From sequence record PZ445524.1: a stretch of 64,000 nucleotides of DNA; one strand, 5' to 3'. The position numbers were made by a program, and so were the translations under genes. The notes below the pieces were generated by a model. It searched no databases. It saw only the letters and a program-made list of their open reading frames with translations, and was not told the origin of the DNA. Positions 19,720 through 29,015 of this stretch are shown here, in pieces; position 1 is the first letter of the stretch, and every line of letters starts with the position of its first letter. Source of the stretch: a phage.

Positions 19720-20205
19720 TCAAGTATTGTAAAACATTTGATGCAATCGCTTATATTGCCGAATCTTTTGGTCAGAAAAAGAAATTTGAGTTTCAAGCCA
19801 TTCAATATATTCTGCCGCAGCTTGCATCAAATTTCCTTCGTAATCATCAATATCTTTTTTCAACGCCGATTTAGCTAATGCGTATGAAATACGTTCACCT
19901 TGAAAACCGGCTTTAGGCTTCTGAATAACTTGATTAGTTCGCTCTACAACTTCTTCAATTTCGCCATTTTCGACTGATTCAGTATTCCACAAGCACCAAT
20001 ACGTAATTGGCTTATCATAGATGTTAATAATCTTTCCATCAGAAAGTTCAATTTCAATAATTCCAGTATCAGGTTCTATATCATCTTCACATTCTTTTGC
20101 AAGTTCACGAACTTTAAAGACAGTACCTGCACTAAGTTCCGGCCAGTAATTACACAGCCCTATATCAGCACGATTAATTCTAAACCACTTATCTACTGTA
20201 ATCAT
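19720..20205 (-). CDS. pin: Probable PinA-like protein (Lon protease inhibitor)
   Basis: Track start is TTG; ATG at 20203-20205 gives 161 aa, the recalled T4 PinA length, in the expected position after gene 49. Confidence 0.5.
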   Translation of the reverse strand: MITVDKWFRINRADIGLCNYWPELSAGTVFKVRELAKECEDDIEPDTGIIEIELSDGKIINIYDKPITYWCLWNTESVENGEIEEVVERTNQVIQKPKAGFQGERISYALAKSALKKDIDDYEGNLMQAAAEYIEWLETQISFSDQKIRQYKRLHQMFYNT

Positions 20206-20327
20206 GTCCCATCTCCATATCAATTAAGTCATTTATTGTAGGTTCATTGTATACTGTTTCTTCATCAGTGTAAACCGGTTCTTCCGGCTCTGGCTCTACA
20301 GTTTCCCATCTAGCCGCCCACCAGGGT

Positions 20328-20537
20328 TTAACCCCGAAGCTTATTAAGTTCTTCATAATCAATCCAGGATTCTAATCCTGATGGCAAATCAGATTCAATT
20401 TCCCAAAGAAGTTCTTCAATTTTATGAAGACGATCTAATTCTTCAGCTGGAATAGTAACCATTGATGGAGTTCTTGATACACTAATATCGTAAATCATAT
20501 TTACCCCAGTTTGACCATGCAATCGCCGTATTTCCAC
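20328..20537 (-). CDS. Hypothetical acidic small protein
   Basis: 69-aa ORF. Confidence 0.4.
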   Translation of the reverse strand: MEIRRLHGQTGVNMIYDISVSRTPSMVTIPAEELDRLHKIEELLWEIESDLPSGLESWIDYEELNKLRG

Positions 20538-20716
20538 TTAGAAATAGACTTTTCGCCATTAGAATAATAAACTTCGAGTTTAGCACGATTATTTTTAATT
20601 TGAATAACCTTGGCTGTCATCAAAGTTCCATATCCATAGTAAACTGCAACTTCATCACCTACATATACCGCGCTTCCGCGGTAATCATGGATATAATCAG
20701 TTCCTTCGAGCATCAT
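20501..20716 (-). CDS. Hypothetical small protein
   Basis: 71-aa ORF; overlaps neighbours, start uncertain. Confidence 0.4.
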   Translation of the reverse strand: MMLEGTDYIHDYRGSAVYVGDEVAVYYGYGTLMTAKVIQIKNNRAKLEVYYSNGEKSISKWKYGDCMVKLG

Positions 20717-20976
20717 TTAAAGTATTCCCGCAATTGGTCAAATCCACCAATATGACTTCCATCAGGAGCAAATACCTGAGGCATTGTCAAGCCGATTTGA
20801 GTATCACGACCTAGTTTAGTCAGAAGCTCAGCAATTTTCTCATCATCAAAAACACCTTTTTCCGGCATAATGTTGATAAATTCAAACGGCTGTTTCTTCA
20901 CAGTCAAAAGACGTTTTGCATTATCGCAATACACACATTTATGGATGTTGCTATCATAACCATATACTTTAAACAT
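20713..20976 (-). CDS. nrdC: Thioredoxin/glutaredoxin NrdC
   Basis: 87 aa with CVYC active site; matches T4 NrdC as recalled. Confidence 0.9.
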   Translation of the reverse strand: MFKVYGYDSNIHKCVYCDNAKRLLTVKKQPFEFINIMPEKGVFDDEKIAELLTKLGRDTQIGLTMPQVFAPDGSHIGGFDQLREYFK

Positions 20977-20977
20977 A

Positions 20978-21220
20978 TTATTCCTTAATTCCTAGTACTT
21001 GTTTAAAAGTCTCGTCGTAATCAAGACTTTGGCCCGTTTGTTCTTTATGTTTGTATATAATATCACTTACTTCTGATAGCATATTTTTATATGAACGAGT
21101 TAAAGCTGATTTAAGCACGCTGTATCTATCAGGAAATTTACCGTGTTCATTATAATAAGCTATTGCTAATTCACGGACTGCCTTTTCGGCAGTCTCCATA
21201 TATTCTTTACGCTTGGTCAT
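20978..21220 (-). CDS. Hypothetical protein (nrdC.1 position)
   Basis: Track ORF runs to 21379 inside the upstream gene; in-frame ATG at 21218-21220 ([10 protein letters not shown]...) gives 80 aa. Confidence 0.4.
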
Positions 21221-21503
21221 TTTCTTCTCGGTCAAATCGGTGTTTACAATGGCGACATTTATAACGAAGATTATTAGTCTGCCAATGGACCAATTGCACC
21301 TGTTCAGTTCCACATTCAGGGCAATTAGGAACGTATTTAGAAGCCCTTTCGCGACGTTTAACCATAGCCATAATGGCATCCCATGCTGGAGGTTTAAAAT
21401 CTAAATCGTCAGTAACTAGCAGTCCTTTATCAAACCCAGCGCATGGAGTCCATTCAGGAAAATCTGAAGCTTCGGCAATATCTTCTAATAGACGCTTTTT
21501 CAT
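21207..21503 (-). CDS. Zinc-ribbon protein
   Basis: 98 aa with CPEC...CRHC four-cysteine zinc-ribbon signature. Confidence 0.5.
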
Positions 21504-22426
21504 TTCAATACCTCAATAGCATTACGTAAACCATTTGCTTTTGCATTAAGAGCTTTTAACAATTTGGTGTGTTCTGCAATTTGGGCTTCAACTTCAATCA
21601 AACGAGCATTGAGATATTCGCGTTCTTCTTTCATAGTATCATTCCCATGATTGGATTTTGGTGTAGGTTTAAATTCACTAGGGTCCTTTAATTTAATAAC
21701 AAATTTAGTTTCAAACAGTGAAAGACCATAATTCATATTATCATCAAAGGATTTGACTACATCCATATCAGATAATAACACGCGTAAATTATAAGCCAAA
21801 GAACTAATAGTTTCATTGTGTTTATTAGCTTCGCGTGGTTTCATATACGGAAGATTTTTATATATCTCGTGCGGAGCACAAATGATAATTGACAATTCAA
21901 ATTGCCCATTCTGGGACGATGGAGTGAATTTAGCCGTAACCCAGTCTTTTACATTTACATTAATAGTACGGTTATCACCATGACAAAACAGTCTACGAGA
22001 ATGCTTAAAAAGCATATTCACATTATTATTAAATTCGTGTGAAAATTCACTAGCAAATTTTTCTTTACTATCTTTAGAAAACCATTCTTCTAAATAAGTT
22101 CTTTTCACGTCGTTAATAATATTAAATGTAACAACACTAGCATTTGATACATTAGTCTCAATGTAGCTTGGATACATAAATTTTTTAACATTATTAACAG
22201 CTATCACAGAAGATAGTAATCGGGAACGTTTGAACCACTCGAGCAAAGAACCAAGAGAATGTGAATATGCATTTTGTGTATCTTTACAAATATGGTTTTC
22301 CCATCCAATATAGTCTAAAAAATCACGAAGAATATTATTGATTACTGCTCTGTGTCCTATCTGATAATTACGATGTTTAGTAATAAGACTGTCAAAATAA
22401 TCAATATAATGTTTACGAGTTTTCAT
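21500..22426 (-). CDS. Hypothetical protein with C-terminal coiled coil (member 1 of 4)
   Basis: 308 aa; last ~40 residues heptad-like ([37 protein letters not shown]). Confidence 0.55.
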   Translation of the reverse strand: MKTRKHYIDYFDSLITKHRNYQIGHRAVINNILRDFLDYIGWENHICKDTQNAYSHSLGSLLEWFKRSRLLSSVIAVNNVKKFMYPSYIETNVSNASVVTFNIINDVKRTYLEEWFSKDSKEKFASEFSHEFNNNVNMLFKHSRRLFCHGDNRTINVNVKDWVTAKFTPSSQNGQFELSIIICAPHEIYKNLPYMKPREANKHNETISSLAYNLRVLLSDMDVVKSFDDNMNYGLSLFETKFVIKLKDPSEFKPTPKSNHGNDTMKEEREYLNARLIEVEAQIAEHTKLLKALNAKANGLRNAIEVLK

Positions 22427-22478
22427 GTTCTTCTCACTTGGTTAATGATTTATACTCCGAGCCATCCTTGGCTTTAAA

Positions 22479-23480
22479 TTACTTAATTAACTGTAAAGCT
22501 TGTTCCAGACGATCAAGACGATTAACAGATTCTTCCCAAATCCTTTTAGCCTGCTCATATTCTTTCTGCGCTTTATTAGAAATTTCTAGAACTTCTTTAT
22601 AAGCTTTTTCTAGTGCAATAACTTCTGGACGAATTTCTATCGGTTCAGGTGAATCATCAAGACATTCCATTAGTTCCTCAAGGGTAGTTTCTTCTTTAGG
22701 AGTATTCACAATTTCATCACATTTTTGTTGATAAATTTCTTTATCAGTAGGTGAGTACGCGCACTTTACTTCACGAAGACTAATTACAATTTTATATCCT
22801 TCCCAACCGCATATATTCTTAAAAGGATAAGTATGAATATTTTCTACTGTTTCCATACAAAGTAATGCGGTCTCTAATTGACGAGTTATAGTGCTAGCAA
22901 TTGAGAAAAATTTATTAATGTTCTTTTGGTTAGTTTCTGGTGTAAAAAATCCATAATTCACAAAAATAGATACTTTATTTTTATCAAGTTCATATTCTTT
23001 TATGATAATCATATCAGAAGCCAAAGGATGAATTTGACGATAATCGCCATAACATAATTTAGAAGCTGATTTTAGAATCTGTCCTTTGAAAAGTCTGAAA
23101 TTACTAATCCAACGACGAGTAAAAATATTCTCAGGGTCTTCTTTATTATTAAGATGATAAGAATTAACATCACCGAACCAATTATATCCTACTACATCTT
23201 TGGTTCGTTTAATTTCTTTCCCAAAATTACCAAGAATATCCCGATTAACCAAATATGAAAGAAGACGAGACTCTTTAAAGGTTTTCTTGATAAGATCTTT
23301 ATCTACACGGCTAGAAATTTTACGAATTTCATGAATAAATTTAGTAGAAGAAACAATACCTGCATCAACACTATTGAGCCATTGATTGATAATAGAAAGA
23401 ACGCTATTTTGGCCAAACATCGGTATAGCTTTATCATCAATAACGCTATTGAATGATTTGATATATTCGTTACGAGTCAT
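22479..23480 (-). CDS. Hypothetical protein with C-terminal coiled coil (member 2 of 4)
   Basis: Track start is TTG; ATG at 23478-23480 with GAGGAG SD gives 333 aa; C-terminal coiled coil. Confidence 0.55.
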   Translation of the reverse strand: MTRNEYIKSFNSVIDDKAIPMFGQNSVLSIINQWLNSVDAGIVSSTKFIHEIRKISSRVDKDLIKKTFKESRLLSYLVNRDILGNFGKEIKRTKDVVGYNWFGDVNSYHLNNKEDPENIFTRRWISNFRLFKGQILKSASKLCYGDYRQIHPLASDMIIIKEYELDKNKVSIFVNYGFFTPETNQKNINKFFSIASTITRQLETALLCMETVENIHTYPFKNICGWEGYKIVISLREVKCAYSPTDKEIYQQKCDEIVNTPKEETTLEELMECLDDSPEPIEIRPEVIALEKAYKEVLEISNKAQKEYEQAKRIWEESVNRLDRLEQALQLIK

Positions 23481-23506
23481 ATTAATCTCCTCAGTAGAAA
23501 GTAAGA

Positions 23507-23540
23507 ACATTATACCACATCCTTGTGGCAAAGTAAACTA
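23507..23540 (-). promoter_or_regulatory. T4-type early promoter (GTTTAC ... TGGTATAAT)
   Basis: Near-consensus -35 and extended -10 just upstream of the 22479-23480 gene. Confidence 0.5.
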
Positions 23541-24563
23541 GTTCAGTGCATTTAGTGCATTGTTCAGTTTAGAACGTTGCTTTGTCAGATTTTGAACCCT
23601 TGACTGAGCTTGTTTTAACACCTTTTCAGCTTCTAGCACTTCATTGGTCGCTTTAACGAGTTCAGCATCTACTGCTTTAAGAGACTTCTCAATCGCATCT
23701 GCATGCCATTTTTCAACAGGTTTAAGACTCGGATTTTCAACAGGAAGAAAATTCACTTTATTGAATTTCCATGCATCTTTATTACCTGAACTATACATCC
23801 AAAATTTAGGATCGTTTGATAAGTAATTGGATAAATTTAAATTTAAGTTATCTTGCACTTCCTGCTTTTTCTCTTGCGGGACTTCGTCCTTTCTCAAAAA
23901 TTCATATTTAAATGAAACGATCATATCAAGTTCATATGATGTTGTATCTAACTTAAATCGTTCAAAACGAGGTAAAATCTTAGATTGAACAGCAGCAACA
24001 ACATCCATATACTTAAATGCTTCTGTCAACTGTGATTTAAGGCATTCACAAATTGAAAGAGAATTTTTTGTATTAGGTTTAAAGCTAATTCGTGCAGTTC
24101 TATTATTTTCTTTTAACGGTCTTACTTCCATCTGAAGAGTATAACCATCAAATTTCAGATTCTTTAAGTTAATATCAGAGCCTTTTAATCGACTAGCAGT
24201 AGACAAAATTTGCTTTAATTGTCTACGGAATAGAGCAATAAATCTCCATTCAAGACGATAATGATTTGGATTGAAAAATCCAGATGATAAATCGACCTTA
24301 CTTTGACCAACGCCTTGAACAAATAGAGGATTTTTATAATCAATAGTTTTACAGAAATCGGTGAGCTGCTCACGAGCAGTCATTTGTGTAATATACCCCG
24401 CTTTACTAAAATGACGTAACCATTCACTGCTATTCATATATTTAAAGTGAATATCACGATTAACTTTATCAGGGTCTAAATTATTTTGGCACAAAAATGT
24501 CATAACATCACGAGTATAGCTGGCATTACGAACCATATCTTCAATTTGAGAACGAGTTTTCAT
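23538..24563 (-). CDS. Hypothetical protein with C-terminal coiled coil (member 3 of 4)
   Basis: 341 aa; C-terminal coiled coil. Confidence 0.55.
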   Translation of the reverse strand: MKTRSQIEDMVRNASYTRDVMTFLCQNNLDPDKVNRDIHFKYMNSSEWLRHFSKAGYITQMTAREQLTDFCKTIDYKNPLFVQGVGQSKVDLSSGFFNPNHYRLEWRFIALFRRQLKQILSTASRLKGSDINLKNLKFDGYTLQMEVRPLKENNRTARISFKPNTKNSLSICECLKSQLTEAFKYMDVVAAVQSKILPRFERFKLDTTSYELDMIVSFKYEFLRKDEVPQEKKQEVQDNLNLNLSNYLSNDPKFWMYSSGNKDAWKFNKVNFLPVENPSLKPVEKWHADAIEKSLKAVDAELVKATNEVLEAEKVLKQAQSRVQNLTKQRSKLNNALNALN

Positions 24564-24571
24564 GGTGTTCC

Positions 24572-25459
24572 TTAAGATTTAAGTAAATCAACAATTTTAA
24601 TTAACTTTTCACGCTCAGATTTAGCTTTACTACTCAATCCAGATAGTCTGAAAATTTCATCATCATATTGTTGAATAGAAATATTCAGCTCTTCAATCTG
24701 TTTATTAAAATAATCAATTTGTTCAGAATGTTTTTCGTTACTACGAAATGGTACAAGTTTTGTAGGCAATTTAGTTGAACTGGATTCATTCGGGCGATAA
24801 ATTAAAATGCAATTTGAACCAATCGGGCATTTAGCACCAGATGAATATTCTAACGTTCCAGCTTCTTTTAAAACTTCAAAAGCTAAACAGAGATGATGCC
24901 CCATATTAACATAATCTGTAGAGCGAGCTCTGATGTAATAATCATCTCCACGAGTACTAAATTTAAAGCATTTAAGGTCTTCTGTATTATTGGTCTTAAA
25001 AATCATTTGTTTATCTAGACCTTTAGCTAATCGAGCACCTAATGCTAATAATCGTCGTTGATTTTCCCACAAATCTGCGATCATTTGGTCGAATGATAAT
25101 TTCGGCATTAGTCGGCCATAAAGGTCATATCCTTTATTATAATTACGAAGGATTTCACTCGCGTTAATACGAGACAATGCTCCAATTTTATTAAGGGCTT
25201 TCATAATGCGATTAGATAAACTCATTCCAGACCCGTTTGTTCGCTGTAAATGTTTATCTAATCCAAACCCAATATCAACTTTAAATTTATCTAAAATTTC
25301 TGCATGAACATCTTTATCAATAACATTCAAATCCAAAGTTGGGTTAAATCTATGAAAAAATTTATCTGGCTCTCCACGACGAAGTACAGTCCATTCATTC
25401 AATTTTTTATTAACTAAAGATTTAATTACTGCATTGACATTATTAATTACTACTGACAT
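24572..25459 (-). CDS. Hypothetical protein with C-terminal coiled coil (member 4 of 4)
   Basis: Track start is TTG; ATG at 25457-25459 with GAGGAAAAT SD gives 295 aa; C-terminal coiled coil. Confidence 0.55.
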   Translation of the reverse strand: MSVVINNVNAVIKSLVNKKLNEWTVLRRGEPDKFFHRFNPTLDLNVIDKDVHAEILDKFKVDIGFGLDKHLQRTNGSGMSLSNRIMKALNKIGALSRINASEILRNYNKGYDLYGRLMPKLSFDQMIADLWENQRRLLALGARLAKGLDKQMIFKTNNTEDLKCFKFSTRGDDYYIRARSTDYVNMGHHLCLAFEVLKEAGTLEYSSGAKCPIGSNCILIYRPNESSSTKLPTKLVPFRSNEKHSEQIDYFNKQIEELNISIQQYDDEIFRLSGLSSKAKSEREKLIKIVDLLKS

Positions 25460-25466
25460 ATTTTCC

Positions 25467-25874
25467 TCACTCAATTTCAATTTTACTAAATATACAGAAT
25501 AAGATAGAACAGACTATATAAGCACCACACACAGATTGAACTAATACCATTCCAAAGAACCAAACAATATTATCAAACCATGTCTGTTTTACGTCGAAAG
25601 GACGTAAACTTACAGTAATATTATCACCTTTTTCTATTGAAGAATACATCTCCGGTGAAATATATTCGCTAAATCTATAACCGTCTTTGAGTTCATATAC
25701 AGCAATAAACGATAAACTAGACCCCTTTCCTTGAGTTCCTGTAAGGGTATTAACTACAGTAACATCATAATCTTTATAATGCATATAATCATTAATTGCG
25801 TAATAACCATATGCAATTACTATACATAAACAACATATCAATAAATTCAATCTTTTAATTATCAACTGTTTCAT
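25467..25874 (-). CDS. Membrane protein
   Basis: 135 aa with N-terminal and C-terminal hydrophobic helices. Confidence 0.5.
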   Translation of the reverse strand: MKQLIIKRLNLLICCLCIVIAYGYYAINDYMHYKDYDVTVVNTLTGTQGKGSSLSFIAVYELKDGYRFSEYISPEMYSSIEKGDNITVSLRPFDVKQTWFDNIVWFFGMVLVQSVCGAYIVCSILFCIFSKIEIE

Positions 25875-25904
25875 AATAATCTCAATTAAAAGGGCTTAGA
25901 ACCA

Positions 25905-25924
25905 TTATACCATCCTTGGTATAA
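25905..25924 (-). terminator. Hairpin ttatacca-tcct-tggtataa after the 175-aa ORF
   Basis: 8-bp inverted repeat a few nt after the stop. Confidence 0.3.
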
Positions 25925-25929
25925 AGCGG

Positions 25930-26457
25930 TTATGCGAGTACCGTCTTTAACCGTTCTTCAAACTTCCGAAGAGTGTTCTGGCGTTCAGCTCTTTGCTTTT
26001 TGTAAGTTTCAATACGCTCTGAAATGAGAGTGTATCGTTCATTTACTGATTCTTTCATAAAATCAGGAATTTCACGAGAAGCTTTAATCTCATCAAATTT
26101 ATCAATAACAGCTTGCTCTTCAGCAATTAAGTTATCATACATCAAAATATCTTTCTTGATGAACTCAATATCTTCTTGAGTTACACGAGATAATTTAGAT
26201 GCTTTATCCTTTTTGTACTGTTCATTAGTATCACGAGACCAGTGTAATGTACGATTTTTATTCGTATTTTTGTAAATTTCTACAATACCAATCTCATCGA
26301 TAATAACGATCCAATTCCAACGAGATTTGTAAATTTGCCCTCCGTCAACCGTGATTTCACCTCCGATTGAGATGTCATTAAAGAACTTGCTTTGTGCTTC
26401 AGATTTAAATTTACCATCGTTGTAATTTACCAGGTTGAAAATATCTTTAGCGTTCAT
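25930..26457 (-). CDS. Hypothetical protein
   Basis: 175-aa ORF with charged helical C-terminus. Confidence 0.5.
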   Translation of the reverse strand: MNAKDIFNLVNYNDGKFKSEAQSKFFNDISIGGEITVDGGQIYKSRWNWIVIIDEIGIVEIYKNTNKNRTLHWSRDTNEQYKKDKASKLSRVTQEDIEFIKKDILMYDNLIAEEQAVIDKFDEIKASREIPDFMKESVNERYTLISERIETYKKQRAERQNTLRKFEERLKTVLA

Positions 26458-26517
26458 TTTGTGTTCCTCCGTAGTTGATAGTTGTATAGTACCACAGAGG
26501 AACAGTCTTGTAAACCA

Positions 26518-26820
26518 CTAAAAGAAACTTCTTTCACAATTTTTTCCACTGAACCACGCGCTCACTGCTTTCTTAGTCTCAGGAGCAGTGTTATCCATAA
26601 ACCATTCAAAGGCAGCCTTTTTATGATTCTGGAGGGCTTCTCGGGCTTTAATCTGCTCACGGTCTATTAACACTAACATATGAGCCTTTCTTGTCACCAG
26701 GGGCTTCTTATGATTTTTTGAATACTCCCAATCATTTGTCCATCGCATCGTTGTTGCGAATTGAAGTACAGCTTCTTTAATCTTAGTTTCGTAAATTTCA
26801 CGAGCCTTTGAGTATAACAT
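26518..26820 (-). CDS. Hypothetical protein
   Basis: Track start 26832; ATGs also at 26823 and 26820; GGAGGT lies between the first and later ATGs, so 26820 is favoured. Confidence 0.4.
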   Translation of the reverse strand: MLYSKAREIYETKIKEAVLQFATTMRWTNDWEYSKNHKKPLVTRKAHMLVLIDREQIKAREALQNHKKAAFEWFMDNTAPETKKAVSAWFSGKNCERSFF

Positions 26821-26921
26821 CATTACCTCCATTTACCAGTTTAATTCTAGTCATCTTTTTGATGGCAGTCCATATAATCTATTTCTGAACTGCCTTTTTG
26901 TCACAGAAGGCCTCTTATGAA

Positions 26922-27890
26922 TTATTTCAGAAGAGTAACCTCAGCGATTTCTTCCCAACCGTTTTTGTCGGTCATAATAAAGTCAGCAAGATAAAGAGCA
27001 GTACGCAGTGAAACATTGCGTAAACGGTTAACATTGACTTTCATCCATGATAATGCTTTATAAGTTTCTTCATCAGAAAGACCGCGCTTTTGCATCATGT
27101 CAGTTGAAAGAATAACATCTTCAACCCTGACCATAATTTCTTCATTAGTGTGAACACCCAAATCCAAATAAACTGAGCGGGACACTAATGCTTGTAAATG
27201 TGGAGCAAGTTTAGTACCACGGTCTAATTCGCGGTCAATGTCAACGTTTGTGATAAAAACAATCGTTCCTTTAAATTCAAACTCACGCTCAATGCCTTTT
27301 TCTTCTAAATAAGAAGATGCAGTGCTCCAGCAGACTTTACGGGTCTCTCCAGTGTCCAGAGCAGCTTTCAGAAGATTAAGAATGTCCATATCAGAGAAAA
27401 CATCCACATCATCAATCAAAAGGACAGAATTCTCTTCACGATTATTCCAGAGCTGTTCATAAAGACCGATACCAGAGATTTTACCGTTAATGCTTTTATA
27501 TTCAATGTATCCAATATCATTTGCTTTATTTAAAGCTTTATCTAAAGAATACGTTTTACCAATACCTGCTGCTCCCGAGATAATTAATGAACGAATATTT
27601 CCGTTAATAATACCATTCGTCATCATTCCCATAACATTAAATCTTTTATTAATGCGGGTTTTCATATCTTCATATGATTCTTTAACTTCTTCAACTTTTA
27701 CACCATCATATGAAATGTCTGATTTGTAAACCCAAACACCACGACGTTTACCGTCAATTTCAACAAAAACTTTACCATCTCCTTGTGCATCTACTGGTGC
27801 ATTATCTGGGAACCATTCGCCTAAGAGCTCAAAAGTTCCAGAGATTTCTTTACCGAAGTAGATACCCTTATTGATAGTTACAGTTTTCAT
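26922..27890 (-). CDS. P-loop ATPase
   Basis: Track start is TTG; ATG at 27888-27890 with GGAG SD gives 322 aa; Walker A GAAGIGKT and Walker B LLIDDVD. Confidence 0.6.
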   Translation of the reverse strand: MKTVTINKGIYFGKEISGTFELLGEWFPDNAPVDAQGDGKVFVEIDGKRRGVWVYKSDISYDGVKVEEVKESYEDMKTRINKRFNVMGMMTNGIINGNIRSLIISGAAGIGKTYSLDKALNKANDIGYIEYKSINGKISGIGLYEQLWNNREENSVLLIDDVDVFSDMDILNLLKAALDTGETRKVCWSTASSYLEEKGIEREFEFKGTIVFITNVDIDRELDRGTKLAPHLQALVSRSVYLDLGVHTNEEIMVRVEDVILSTDMMQKRGLSDEETYKALSWMKVNVNRLRNVSLRTALYLADFIMTDKNGWEEIAEVTLLK

Positions 27891-27919
27891 TTTATTCTCC
27901 AAATCCGTATCAGTTGATA

Positions 27920-27956
27920 GTTGTATAGTACCATAAAGCTTTATGCTTGTAAACAG
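27920..27956 (-). promoter_or_regulatory. T4-type early promoter cassette (copy of the 2100-2136 element)
   Basis: Shares the leader ccgtatcag...ttgatagttgtatagtaccat...gtaaacagtttt with the elements at 2081-2165 and 42041-42127. Confidence 0.45.
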
Positions 27957-27984
27957 TTTTGTGAAAAATTTTTGAAATAAAAAA

Positions 27985-28002
27985 GGGAGCCCGAAGGCTC
28001 CC
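27985..28002 (-). terminator. Hairpin gggagcc-cgaa-ggctccc after the nucleotidyltransferase gene
   Basis: 7-bp GC stem with UUCG loop in mRNA, 2 nt after the stop, followed by U-rich tract. Confidence 0.5.
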
Positions 28003-28004
28003 TA

Positions 28005-29015
28005 TCATTTATAATAACTTCGGTGGTTTTCAAGATAGACCTTCTCAAGGAAGTCATCCCAGAAACCCATGTCTACTTTTTGCTGCATACCGTTCTTAGA
28101 AGCTTCAGTAGATGCTGCTTCTACTTGATCGACCACATCTTCCAAAAACTCTTGAACCGTTTTAAATGGATGTTTACCCAACTTCACGTCGAGAATAAAT
28201 GGAGCGTCTTTGAGTGGATAGACTAAGTCGCCAGTTTTGTAAATTTCCAATAGTTGAAGTCCACCACGACAAGCATGGCTCAGAGCTTTCCAGTCAATGC
28301 CTTCGTTGGCTTCGGCCTTACGAGCGCGTTCACCATATTCAGCATCTAATTTGTTCAGTGACTGCTTAAGCTCAATAAGAGAAAGAGTTGTCTGATATTT
28401 ACGACCCAACACAGTGTAGAACGTTTGTGGGCCTGTTTTCTCATGATTATGAAATACCCATTCACAGAACTCGTTCTCTGGAAGACGATGCTTAATATCT
28501 TCAACTTTAGTGCGACGCTGCTTAATAGAACCATCTTCTTGGTAATCAACCCATTGCTCAGGGATTTGATTAACTACTTTCAATACATCGCGTAATGCAG
28601 CCAAACGAGAACCCTTGACACCGTATTTAGAAGCTTGCTTGCGAACATATCCTAAATATGATTTCATGTTAGTCGTATAAAAACGAGAACGGTTGTCTTG
28701 AATAAACTTCCACACATCAGGCAAATCAGATTTAACCACTAGCTCAGGTGGAGTGTGAAGCATATCTAATGCTACAGTTTCACCATCTGCTGCTAATTTA
28801 AAGAAATACTTAAGACTGTATAGTTCATGGTCAATATCATCTTTAGTGTTTTTAGATGATGTGTTGTTAGTGTTTTTACTCATATGCTCTTTGACGTTTC
28901 CGATAAGAATATCGCGAGCAGGAGGAACAAAAATTTCTTTAAAATCTACATCAGATTCTGGGGTAGAAGTTCCATAAAGATGACTACCAAAATAAGACTT
29001 AACTACAGTTTTCAT
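28005..29015 (-). CDS. Polymerase-beta-superfamily nucleotidyltransferase-like protein
   Basis: N-terminal motif GSHLYGTSTPESDVDF (GS-x10-DxD) plus a later acidic residue (VALDMLH). Start ambiguous: track 29051 is TTG, ATGs at 29039, 29030, 29015; the start region overlaps the 3' end of the HNH gene. Confidence 0.55.
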   Translation of the reverse strand: MKTVVKSYFGSHLYGTSTPESDVDFKEIFVPPARDILIGNVKEHMSKNTNNTSSKNTKDDIDHELYSLKYFFKLAADGETVALDMLHTPPELVVKSDLPDVWKFIQDNRSRFYTTNMKSYLGYVRKQASKYGVKGSRLAALRDVLKVVNQIPEQWVDYQEDGSIKQRRTKVEDIKHRLPENEFCEWVFHNHEKTGPQTFYTVLGRKYQTTLSLIELKQSLNKLDAEYGERARKAEANEGIDWKALSHACRGGLQLLEIYKTGDLVYPLKDAPFILDVKLGKHPFKTVQEFLEDVVDQVEAASTEASKNGMQQKVDMGFWDDFLEKVYLENHRSYYK

